A DNA stretch of 52,429 nucleotides from a virus (IMGVR_UViG_3300037140_000067:1-52429); one strand, 5' to 3'; counted from the first letter of the stretch, positions 1 through 7,200 are shown. The notes: generated from the letters alone by a model not told the origin. Program-made: numbers and translations.

Positions 1-835
1 CGGCTGCCACGGCGCGTTCCGCTGCATCCTTGGCATCCTGCTCGGCTTTGACTGCGCGAGCCTCGGCTGCCTCGGTGTCGCGTTTGGCCTTCGCCTCGCG
101 CTCTGCGGTATCCCGCTCGGCCTTCTCAGTCGCTTCGCGAGCGACCCGCTCGTCACGTTCGGCCTGCTCCTTCGCCTGACGCTCCTTGGCTTCCATGGAC
201 TCGCGGACGATGCGCTCGGCCTCCAGTTTGGCGAAAGCGGCCTGCTGTTCCTCTTGCGCCTTCGTCTGGGTGAGGATCAAGGTGAGGCGCCCAGACACGG
301 CTTCGTAGCCCAATTCCGCACGCTTGGCGAACTCCTCCCAATTGCGGAGCACAAACTCGTCCAGCTTCGCAATCCGGGCCTCGATCTCCGCGACAGTGGC
401 ACCAAAAGGCACGTTGCTGAGTTCGATAACATCCTTCAACGCCTGCTCGTGGGCATCCACGCGGGCCTTGACTGCCTCTTCGTAGTCCGTGAGAGGCTTG
501 CGGGCCTGATCGCGTAGAGCGGTGAGTGCTTCCTTCATCCGCTTACGCTCGGCGTCGATGTCCGTCGCCTTGCGTTTGATGTCCATGCTCAGGTTCTTGC
601 CGTAGTCTTCCAGCCGCGCCATAGAACTGGAGACCTTGCGGGCAAGGGATGCAATCGCCTTGCGCCCCTTTTCACACGAGATGTCCGGCTGAAACTGCTC
701 AACTTCTTTACGGATCAGGGCGATGATTTTGTCAAGGCCGTTCGGAACGAACAGTTCCGACGCCTTCTCTTCTGGGGGAATGATTTCCCCGATGGGTGTT
801 CCGACGATGATTTCGTCTTCGATTATGCCGTTCAT
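1..835 (-). CDS. Phage coiled-coil protein, allele A (runs off the window edge)
   Basis: ATG at 835 after AGGAGG. MNGIIEDEII...KGRKAIASLARKV. Collinear with 50655-51689. Confidence 0.9.
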   Translation of the reverse strand, partial: MNGIIEDEIIVGTPIGEIIPPEEKASELFVPNGLDKIIALIRKEVEQFQPDISCEKGRKAIASLARKVSSSMARLEDYGKNLSMDIKRKATDIDAERKRMKEALTALRDQARKPLTDYEEAVKARVDAHEQALKDVIELSNVPFGATVAEIEARIAKLDEFVLRNWEEFAKRAELGYEAVSGRLTLILTQTKAQEEQQAAFAKLEAERIVRESMEAKERQAKEQAERDERVAREATEKAERDTAEREAKAKRDTEAAEARAVKAEQDAKDAAERAVAA

Positions 836-1575
836 GGCTACGCCTCCTGAGCGTTTGCGGTGGTTATCATGCTGTCGAGTTGCGTCTTGATTGCGGTCCA
901 GTCGTGACCCTTGCTCTCGCAGAACTTCATCTGCTCATCCGGCGTCCAATCGAGCATGGCAAAAGCTGCCTTGACATCCTGGGGCATGAGCGGGGTTTTG
1001 AACCAGTCGAGGATGGCGCTGTACTTCCTGGCGGGGATGAGGCTGCCGGGCTTTTGTCCGACAAACTCATAGAGTTGCGCGGCCTTACGCTCGGTGCGCT
1101 TCAGTTCTTCCTTGATGTGCGTGGCCTCCTCGTTGGTGATGGGAGTAGCGTCTTCCAGGACTGCTGCGCGAGATGCGGCCTCGGTGCGTTGCTGGGCTCC
1201 AGTAAGGTCTTTGCCGCGTTGCGCCGCGTTCTTGGATACCTGCGCATCTTCGTTCTCTTCCGGGGCGACTCCAGCCAACCCGCACAGTCCTTGCCGCCGT
1301 GCATAGGAGTGTTCCGCGCCGAAGGTTTGCGGATCATTGTTCGGGCCGAGAGGGATGCCGTCATCGTTTGCCCACTGGCCGGACGAGTGGTGCAACTCGG
1401 TTACGAGATACATCCGGCCTTCAACACGACGGATTGGCTGGCGTACGCAGATCTCTTCGGCAGTGAGGCACGGAAGAATCGCCGTCAGAACGTCGGCAAG
1501 ATCGGCGTAGGCATAGTCGTAACTGTATTCCTTGCCGCTGCCCTTAGCTGTCCCTTTGACGGTGGCCTTCCTGGT
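1..1575. repeat. Left copy of imperfect terminal direct repeat (partner 50855-52429)
   Basis: Constant offset of 50854. Identical over 1-127 and 1490-1575, with about 138 substitutions between (hand count). Confidence 0.97.
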
Positions 1576-1659
1576 CTTCTTGATGGGCGGAAAGGTCTTC
1601 TGGGCGCGGGCTAGAGCGGCATCGAAAAGGCCACGTACAACAGGTTCTTCATGGAGCAC
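838..1659 (-). CDS. erf: ERF-family single-strand annealing protein
   Basis: Motifs AALARAQ, YAYADLADVL, LHHSSGQW, DPQTFGAEHSYARRQGL...ENEDA. GTG start at 1659 after GGAGG. Confidence 0.88.
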   Translation of the reverse strand: MLHEEPVVRGLFDAALARAQKTFPPIKKTRKATVKGTAKGSGKEYSYDYAYADLADVLTAILPCLTAEEICVRQPIRRVEGRMYLVTELHHSSGQWANDDGIPLGPNNDPQTFGAEHSYARRQGLCGLAGVAPEENEDAQVSKNAAQRGKDLTGAQQRTEAASRAAVLEDATPITNEEATHIKEELKRTERKAAQLYEFVGQKPGSLIPARKYSAILDWFKTPLMPQDVKAAFAMLDWTPDEQMKFCESKGHDWTAIKTQLDSMITTANAQEA

Positions 1660-1712
1660 GGTTGCACCTCCGGGTGCGTATGGCGGATTACGCGCCGCCT
1701 CGCGGGTGGGGG

Positions 1713-2069
1713 TTAGGCTTCGGTGAGGGCGGCGTCTTCGTGATCGAGCAGGGTCAGTTCGCAGTCGTACTCGGCGGGCTGGGCTGGCTTGATGACCGTG
1801 CAAACGGCTGTGCGAATGATGGAGTCTCTGACGCACAGGCCGGGGGCGTTGTGGCTGACCGTCACCGAGGAATACGTGTTGTCGTCTGTGGGGTAGGTCT
1901 TCGTCAGTGGGTGGGGGAGCAAGCGAGCGACGGCCAGGAAGCTATCCTTCTGGCTCTTGTTGTAGTGGGAGAAGGTGAGATATGGCCTCTCCACTTCCTG
2001 GTCGGGCTCCCGGTCGAGTGCGTCGGCTAACTTGCGGAGTTCGGTGGCTACTTCGTTGGCTTTTGGCAT
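1713..2069 (-). CDS. Hypothetical protein (118 aa), first gene of the leftward operon
   Basis: AGGAGG RBS, directly downstream of a sigma70-like promoter. Confidence 0.85.
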   Translation of the reverse strand: MPKANEVATELRKLADALDREPDQEVERPYLTFSHYNKSQKDSFLAVARLLPHPLTKTYPTDDNTYSSVTVSHNAPGLCVRDSIIRTAVCTVIKPAQPAEYDCELTLLDHEDAALTEA

Positions 2070-2107
2070 TTGATTGCGCCTCCTGAGCGCGTTTGGATCG
2101 TTGGGTG

Positions 2108-2137
2108 ATTCTACCTGAGTGGTTTTCCCGTAGTCAA
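2108..2137 (-). promoter_or_regulatory. Leftward sigma70-type promoter
   Basis: TTGACT-18 bp-TAGAAT on the - strand. Confidence 0.7.
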
Positions 2138-2182
2138 GATAAATGCGATCGCGTTGGGAAAATAGTGTTGTAAACTTCCTTC

Positions 2183-2353
2183 ATGGAAATCGGAAACGTA
2201 CTTCGGGACTGGAGACTACTGGAGCGGATGAGCCTTGCGGACGCTGCACAGCGCATCGGGATTCCGTTGAGCACCCTCGACCGGATCGAGAAAGGGTGCA
2301 GCGTGGAGGGGCGAAACATGGTGATTCTCATACAGTTCCTTTTCGGTTCATAA
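2183..2353 (+). CDS. XRE-family helix-turn-helix regulator (56 aa, not in the ORF track)
   Basis: Own translation: MEIGNVLRDWRLLERMSLADAAQRIGIPLSTLDRIEKGCSVEGRNMVILIQFLFGS. Divergent from the leftward promoter; no SD, possibly leaderless. Confidence 0.85.
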   Translation: MEIGNVLRDWRLLERMSLADAAQRIGIPLSTLDRIEKGCSVEGRNMVILIQFLFGS

Positions 2354-2409
2354 TCCTGTAAAGAATTGTGCGCCTGAAACTATTTGCATTTATCCAAATA
2401 CTGCGTGCC

Positions 2410-2568
2410 TCACTTTCCGAACAGTGAAAGGGTTATGTCGACAGCGGCCAGGATGAGGATGGACGCGACAACGGTGATGACGGCCCATGTGATCGTGGCG
2501 CGCAGCTCGCGGCGGGCCTTCTCTTTGCGGTACTCGGCTATTGAGCCATCGGGATCGTAGACGTGCAT
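2410..2568 (-). CDS. Small single-pass membrane protein (52 aa)
   Basis: ATG after GAAAGGA; C-terminal hydrophobic helix. Confidence 0.7.
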   Translation of the reverse strand: MHVYDPDGSIAEYRKEKARRELRATITWAVITVVASILILAAVDITLSLFGK

Positions 2569-2629
2569 TGGGGGTTTCCTTTCGGGTTTGAGCGGAGATG
2601 GGCCAAGGATGCAGCCTGAGTCCGCGTGG

Positions 2630-2848
2630 TTAGACTGCGATGGTTTCGATGCGCGTGTACCAGCCGCGCGAGTCCCGCAAGTGGATCTGAAACTCATACG
2701 GCGCGAGCACGTTTGACTCAGACGTTGGGCCAAACTTGATATAGCCCGCGATGATTTCCTTTGCCTCTTGCACGCTTGCGACCGAGCCTACAATCTGAAA
2801 GCCGGACTCTTCGCCGATTGCGATGAGGATACCTGTTTCGTGCTTCAT
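2630..2848 (-). CDS. Hypothetical protein (72 aa)
   Basis: GGAGG RBS; globular composition. Confidence 0.75.
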   Translation of the reverse strand: MKHETGILIAIGEESGFQIVGSVASVQEAKEIIAGYIKFGPTSESNVLAPYEFQIHLRDSRGWYTRIETIAV

Positions 2849-2912
2849 CGCGTCCTCCGCAGTGGATCAGGCAACGGCACCGCCGGCCTGACTGAGTTAC
2901 TGAGTTGGTGTG

Positions 2913-3128
2913 TCATTGGGGCTTCTCCTTTTCAAAAACGATCTCGCGACCATCCTCAGACAAGTGCCACTTGGGATACGAGTCTGGATTCCGCTTGCGC
3001 CATTCAATCGAATCCGTCACAGCCTGAAGCGCGACCCGCTTGGCGGTCAACTTCTGCTCCAAGCGGGCGACTGACCGCTCGCATCCTGACCGCATCATCT
3101 CTAACTGTTGCATCGTTGCGTCTGTCAT
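2913..3128 (-). CDS. Hypothetical coiled-coil protein (71 aa)
   Basis: ATGA overlap with the upstream gene; GAGG RBS. Confidence 0.7.
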   Translation of the reverse strand: MTDATMQQLEMMRSGCERSVARLEQKLTAKRVALQAVTDSIEWRKRNPDSYPKWHLSEDGREIVFEKEKPQ

Positions 3129-3505
3129 TTCGCCACCTCTGCCAGAGCTTCCGAGGCAAGTTTCGCCTCGACTAGGCGCCGATACTCGCGCGTGGATGAG
3201 CATATAGAACCGAGCGAGCCGAGCCCCTTGCCGTTCTCATCGCGGACGATGCAGCAAAGCGATTCATGGATCTCGCCCGTTGCGCATGGACACTCTGGAT
3301 TGTCGCAGTCGCAACCGATGCAGTCGTCTTCGTTCCAATCGAAGTAGTAACCGAGCGCCGCGGCATCCCGTTCTGCTTTGGCAAGCTGCCTGGCGCATCG
3401 CGACCGGCCGGCCCTTGGAGTTTCCGTCTTGGGATCGTAGGAATAGCCAGCATGTTTGAGGAAGAACAGGTATGCGGCTTGCTTGGGAGTGGTTGGCTTA
3501 GACAT
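3125..3505 (-). CDS. Hypothetical Cys-containing protein (126 aa)
   Basis: Part of an overlapping operon chain; ends in SLGSIC...YRRLVEAKLASEAL. Confidence 0.75.
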   Translation of the reverse strand: MSKPTTPKQAAYLFFLKHAGYSYDPKTETPRAGRSRCARQLAKAERDAAALGYYFDWNEDDCIGCDCDNPECPCATGEIHESLCCIVRDENGKGLGSLGSICSSTREYRRLVEAKLASEALAEVAK

Positions 3506-3773
3506 TGGCCACCGCCGCTCTCTGCTTTAGTTCCCAGTCGGGTACAAATGCAGCGGAATAAGCTCCCAACCGTCGCGAGGTCGGGCCATCAGCTAGACGG
3601 AAGTTGCTCCAGTAGCACGGCACTGCGGAGGTGGTAAAGGCTTCATCGGCGGTAATCGGAAGCTCTGCAATCAGTTTGCGGTTCTGGTCGTAGAACCGAG
3701 CCAGCTTGGTCGATTCCAAAGTCACACCCGAAAGCTTCATCAGGTGGATGCGCATTTCAGTTCCTGTCGTCAT
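3498..3773 (-). CDS. Hypothetical protein (91 aa)
   Basis: GAGG RBS downstream of the promoter at 3824-3852. Confidence 0.7.
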   Translation of the reverse strand: MTTGTEMRIHLMKLSGVTLESTKLARFYDQNRKLIAELPITADEAFTTSAVPCYWSNFRLADGPTSRRLGAYSAAFVPDWELKQRAAVANV

Positions 3774-3823
3774 TGCTGGATACCTCTCTCAGCTATCAGT
3801 GACCTCTGTTCTGGTCTTGAGTG

Positions 3824-3852
3824 ATTAGATGCTTCCCCAAAGCCAATGTCAA
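3824..3852 (-). promoter_or_regulatory. Leftward sigma70-type promoter
   Basis: TTGACA-17 bp-TCTAAT on the - strand. Confidence 0.7.
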
Positions 3853-4153
3853 GACAATTCTTTAGATAAATGCAAAGTATTTTCGCGGTATCTATATATA
3901 GAGGAGTGGAACAGAGCGGGAGGAAGCCCCATCCCCCTCCCTGCTTGCCCCCCCCCGTTCTTTCCGAATCTGCGCGGTGCCCCCCTGGCGAGCTCCTGGG
4001 GCTGTCCTAGGGCCTCAGTGGGGCGTTGCCGCTTGTCTTGTCAGTAACTTAGGCGGAGGCCCAGGATGGCCGGCGGTTAGTTGTCTCCAATGGGGGAGGG
4101 TGAAGGCTCGGACTACCTCGAGCCCCGGATTTCAACTCTCCCAAAAATAACCC

Positions 4154-4191
4154 TTGACAGGTGATGATGACATAGGTGATGATGATGACAT
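4154..4191 (+). promoter_or_regulatory. Rightward promoter with tandem operator-like repeats
   Basis: TTGACA at 4154 followed by AGGTGATGATGACAT and AGGTGATGATGATGACAT, running into the ATG at 4190. Confidence 0.5.
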
Positions 4192-4432
4192 GAACAAATT
4201 ACGAGCATTGATCCAGTGGTTATGGGAGCTTGAAGTTGAGGAGCACAAGCATTGGTGCCCTATGGGGTGCGACTGTTACCACAGCTCCGTCTGCTGGTAC
4301 TGTACGGGCCTGTTTTGCTCCGCGATCGTGTGGAAAAAGTGCCCTAACTGCGAGGATAACCGTTTCAGAGTTTGCCATGGATCCATGGGGACGGGTGCTC
4401 GCGTGTGTGATTGCGGGTATGGGAGAGGCTGA
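4190..4432 (+). CDS. Cys-rich hypothetical protein (80 aa)
   Basis: Multiple CxxC/CxC motifs; TGATG coupling to the next gene. Confidence 0.65.
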   Translation: MNKLRALIQWLWELEVEEHKHWCPMGCDCYHSSVCWYCTGLFCSAIVWKKCPNCEDNRFRVCHGSMGTGARVCDCGYGRG

Positions 4433-4785
4433 TGTTGGATTGCAGGAAGTGCGGGCATCAGTGGAATCCGATAGTACCGACGCCGCTGAAGTGTCCTGCG
4501 TGCAATCAGCCGAGGTACTGGCTACCGAAAGTGAGGAATGTGAATGGAGCTTCTAGAGCAGATGAGCATGACGCGCGAGCAAAGGTTGGGAGAGTTGGGA
4601 AGCGAACCGCCGTGTCCTCAGTGCGGCAAGCCAAGGGTAAGCCGAAGCTCTTACATCCGGTGCAACCCGTGCGGGATGAACTGGGGGGAGGGGCAGGACA
4701 TATTCAAACATCCTCACATGAAGGCCATTCCGTCTACCGGGCCGGCGATCGACACTACTGCTCCGACTGCAAAGTGAATTTCTAA
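4432..4785 (+). CDS. Zn-ribbon protein (outer gene of nested pair 1)
   Basis: N-terminal CRKCGHQW...KCPACNQPRYW and C-terminal HEGH...YCSDC. RBS GGAGAGG; coupled at both ends. Confidence 0.7.
   Translation: MLDCRKCGHQWNPIVPTPLKCPACNQPRYWLPKVRNVNGASRADEHDARAKVGRVGKRTAVSSVRQAKGKPKLLHPVQPVRDELGGGAGHIQTSSHEGHSVYRAGDRHYCSDCKVNF
4544..4777 (+). CDS. Zn-ribbon protein (inner gene, +1 frame)
   Basis: CPQCG...CNPCGMNW; own GAGGA RBS. Confidence 0.65.
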   Translation: MELLEQMSMTREQRLGELGSEPPCPQCGKPRVSRSSYIRCNPCGMNWGEGQDIFKHPHMKAIPSTGPAIDTTAPTAK

Positions 4786-5078
4786 TGTGTAGGAGTCCCT
4801 ACTGGGACAGGGAGCGGGTCAATGATACTCAAAAAGATACTGTTTCAGGGGGTGGCGGTGGGGCTTCAGATCACCGCCGAGAACGAAGACGAAAAGGAAT
4901 TGCTGCGGTGTCTATCGGGGCTGAAAACGGCTCAGTCGAAGAAGTTCAATCGCGATCCACTGCCAGCCCTGATTCTATGCCCACTACTGCCGGGAGATGC
5001 CCTGTACACGAAGGAGTAGACTGCGGGTTCGCCAAGGCTGGCGGGTGGTGGTGCTCAACCGATGGGAGGATGCGATGA
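4785..5078 (+). CDS. Hypothetical protein (outer gene of nested pair 2)
   Basis: TAATG and ATGA couplings. Starts MCRSPYW and ends CPVH...CG...WWC. Confidence 0.55.
   Translation: MCRSPYWDRERVNDTQKDTVSGGGGGASDHRRERRRKGIAAVSIGAENGSVEEVQSRSTASPDSMPTTAGRCPVHEGVDCGFAKAGGWWCSTDGRMR
4822..5019 (+). CDS. Hypothetical protein (inner gene, +1 frame, 65 aa)
   Basis: GGGAG RBS; globular sequence GLQITAENEDEKELLRCL. Confidence 0.6.
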   Translation: MILKKILFQGVAVGLQITAENEDEKELLRCLSGLKTAQSKKFNRDPLPALILCPLLPGDALYTKE

Positions 5079-5212
5079 CGGATTTCTTAGCGGCGTTCGG
5101 ATATGGGCTGTTTTGCTGCTGGCTCGGATGGCTCGCGCGATCGATTCAGAAGGCTGAGATGAAGTCGTTTCCTGCCCCAAAGCGGGACGCGAAAGGAAGG
5201 TTCAAGCGATGA
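5075..5212 (+). CDS. Small membrane protein with C-terminal RDAKGRF motif
   Basis: GGAGG RBS; hydrophobic N-terminus. Confidence 0.7.
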   Translation: MTDFLAAFGYGLFCCWLGWLARSIQKAEMKSFPAPKRDAKGRFKR

Positions 5213-5385
5213 GCCTCTGGATCAAACTCGAAATTCGTAATGACGGAAAGGTCTATGTGTTCCAGAGCGAGAATGGTTACAAGTACGAGCCTTCAAGTTT
5301 ATTCGGGCACTCGCCCCGGGAGGCATTACTGAAGTTGGCCGACACGATGCAGCGCAGACCATCACACCCAGAGAATGCCCGATGA
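5209..5385 (+). CDS. Hypothetical protein (58 aa, not in the ORF track)
   Basis: MSLWIKLEIRNDGKVYVF...; ATGA overlaps on both sides. Confidence 0.6.
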   Translation: MSLWIKLEIRNDGKVYVFQSENGYKYEPSSLFGHSPREALLKLADTMQRRPSHPENAR

Positions 5386-5483
5386 TGCACTTCCTCTTCA
5401 ACTCCTGGTGGGGCGCCTGGATCATCGGGGTCGGATGTGGGTTCGCGTTCGTCAAGCCCGCATGGAAGGATGTGAAACGATGA
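5382..5483 (+). CDS. Small membrane peptide (33 aa, not in the ORF track)
   Basis: MMHFLFNSWWGAWIIGVGCGFAFVKPAWKDVKR; ATGA overlaps on both sides. Confidence 0.55.
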   Translation: MMHFLFNSWWGAWIIGVGCGFAFVKPAWKDVKR

Positions 5484-5614
5484 GCCTGTCCCCCACCGTC
5501 CTCGCGCAAGTCGCTACCATCCAAGCCAAGCTGCGGGAGCACACCATCGGCTCGCCACAGCCCACAGATAGCGTTGACAACCCAGTATGGGAAGACCCGA
5601 AAGGAACAAAATGA
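5480..5614 (+). CDS. Hypothetical protein (44 aa)
   Basis: Part of the ATGA coupling chain. Confidence 0.55.
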   Translation: MSLSPTVLAQVATIQAKLREHTIGSPQPTDSVDNPVWEDPKGTK

Positions 5615-5976
5615 CCCACCGCCGCATCAATCTCATCTACGCCGCCATCGCCACGCTTATATTCACAGTCGCGTGGTACGCCGCCCACCCACAGCAACCC
5701 AGACCCCCAGTTCTGCACCGCCCCATCTCTACCGCTTGGGATGTGCCTGCTGTCATGTTCACGACCCCAGCTTCACATCCATGCAATCACCAATGGCCTG
5801 CCGGGGCAGTGGTTGTCCCTGCGGTATGCATCACGGAAGACGAGACACACTGGAAATGTTCCGATAGAGCCAGGGCTCTCCTTCAAAGCGAGGACGGGGT
5901 ACACCACTGCATCCTCTTCCCTCAACAGCAAAAAGAAATAGTCACAGTTACTCACAAGGAGACGAAGAAACCATGA
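5611..5976 (+). CDS. Membrane-anchored Cys-containing protein
   Basis: AAGGA RBS; N-terminal TM helix LIYAAIATLIFTVAWYAA. Confidence 0.65.
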   Translation: MTHRRINLIYAAIATLIFTVAWYAAHPQQPRPPVLHRPISTAWDVPAVMFTTPASHPCNHQWPAGAVVVPAVCITEDETHWKCSDRARALLQSEDGVHHCILFPQQQKEIVTVTHKETKKP

Positions 5977-6161
5977 TCACAGAAGTCGTAGGAACCAAGC
6001 CCGCCGTCAAGCCCGAAACGCCCGTGAAGCTCAACCGCCACGTCGCGATCGCGCTCACCCACATGAAGCAGGAACGAGACACGCTCGACAAGAAGATCGC
6101 CACCCTCACCGCGGAGCGCGTGAAGGTCCACAAGGCAATTCTGGAGATCGAACCGGAGTAG
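5973..6161 (+). CDS. Short coiled-coil protein (62 aa)
   Basis: ATGA overlap; heptad pattern. Confidence 0.7.
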   Translation: MITEVVGTKPAVKPETPVKLNRHVAIALTHMKQERDTLDKKIATLTAERVKVHKAILEIEPE

Positions 6162-6199
6162 AATTTTCCCGAAAGGAATAGGAAAAGAGCAGAGCACAG

Positions 6200-6228
6200 A
6201 AAAAGGCCGGGGAGGCAAAGCCCCGGCC
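6200..6228 (-). terminator. Rho-independent terminator between convergent units
   Basis: GGCCGGGG/CCCCGGCC stem followed by a T5 tract on the - strand. Confidence 0.75.
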
Positions 6229-6248
6229 ATATCTGTCTTTGCGACCCT

Positions 6249-6722
6249 CTAGGTCGTTTGGTTGAACGTGATGCCGGTGGGCAGGTTGTTTACAGGAGCG
6301 GACGGCGGGATGGTCGAGCTGACGCTCATGTTGGGGTTGCTGGCGCTGGCTGCGGCGTAGGAGAACGCCAGCGGGGTCGTGGTGCTCTCCACCCACCCTG
6401 CCGGATAGCTTACGCTCACAACCAGGCCAGTCGAGTCCACAGAAGGCGAGACGGCGGGATCGTTCGATACGACGGTGAAGGTTGAGTCGGCGGGGTAGAC
6501 TGCGCCGGCCGGGACGAGAGTTCCGGTAAAGACCTGGGACTGTCCTGCTGCTGTTGAGTTCATGGTGATCTCCGTGAATGTGATTGCGGTTGGGGTGGGG
6601 TGATGCTGTTCGTGGAGCTCGTGCAGAATTTCGCGCTCGGTGCGAAGGATCTCATCTTCGCGGCGAAGGATGGCACCGAGTTCGGGATTGTCGGGATCTG
6701 GGCGGCGCCGTCGGTGGGACAT
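6249..6722 (-). CDS. Ig-like beta-sandwich protein (possible internal start at 6563)
   Basis: S/T/P/V-rich beta-strand C-terminal part; GGAG precedes both Met1 and the internal MNSTAAG. Confidence 0.65.
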   Translation of the reverse strand: MSHRRRRPDPDNPELGAILRREDEILRTEREILHELHEQHHPTPTAITFTEITMNSTAAGQSQVFTGTLVPAGAVYPADSTFTVVSNDPAVSPSVDSTGLVVSVSYPAGWVESTTTPLAFSYAAASASNPNMSVSSTIPPSAPVNNLPTGITFNQTT

Positions 6723-6746
6723 TTCAGAGTCTCCGAATGAATAGTA

Positions 6747-6908
6747 CTACAGGCCAGGAATGAGTTTCAGCACCAGAAGGATGAGCAGGATGAATAGAAT
6801 TAGGCCAACGGCCCCGCCGCCATACTGAATGTGTGGGTTTGGAGTCGCTATGGCGAACGGCCCAGCCCAGCAGAGAAGGATGAGCACGACAAGCAATATC
6901 AGGATCAT
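6747..6908 (-). CDS. DUF3309-like two-TM small membrane protein
   Basis: MILILLVVLILLCWAGP...YGGGAVGLILFILLILLVL; GAGG RBS. Confidence 0.7.
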   Translation of the reverse strand: MILILLVVLILLCWAGPFAIATPNPHIQYGGGAVGLILFILLILLVLKLIPGL

Positions 6909-6970
6909 TGGACGTACCTCGCAGACATCATACGCCCATAAGATGCGATTCGACGCCCTCGCGGAGAGGA

Positions 6971-7003
6971 TGTTTGCGGAGTTGTTTGCGGAGTTGTTTG
7001 CGG
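6971..7003. repeat. 12-bp tandem repeat TGTTTGCGGAGT (~2.8 copies)
   Basis: Read directly from the sequence. Confidence 0.85.
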
Positions 7004-7083
7004 GCGTGGTGCGTGCGCGGGGGAGCCTGCTGTGTGGACACGCTCTTGAGGACTTGCCCCGCGCTGAGAAGCATAGCACACAA

Positions 7084-7166
7084 CAGAAAACCCCTCCGAA
7101 GAGGGGGCTTCTGGATCACGCTTAGGAGGCGGTGTTCGGATGTATCTGCCAGGACTCACTCGAACA
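7084..7166 (-). ncRNA. Candidate trans-acting anti-Shine-Dalgarno sRNA (~80 nt)
   Basis: Own promoter, 5' hairpin GUUCG...CGAAC, central CGCCUCCUAAGCG, then a CCCCUC-UUCG-GAGGGG-UUUU terminator. Confidence 0.6.
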
Positions 7167-7171
7167 TTTAC

Positions 7172-7200
7172 ATCTTGACACATTTAGACGTTTTATGCAA
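7172..7200 (-). promoter_or_regulatory. Promoter of the candidate sRNA
   Basis: TTGCAT-17 bp-CAAGAT with an extended -10 TGn. An overlapping + strand TTGACA lies at 7175. Confidence 0.55.

Noticed and set aside
128-1489. Diversity-generating retroelement TR/VR pair
   Set aside because: Differences are not adenine-specific, are mostly synonymous, span 1.4 kb, and no reverse transcriptase is present.
1660-1836. N-terminal extension of ERF in the ORF track
   Set aside because: It overlaps gene 1713-2069. The SD-led GTG at 1659 fits better.
7108-7125. Similarity to the 16S rRNA 3' end (CTGGATCAC)
   Set aside because: Only 9 nt, with no further rRNA-like sequence.
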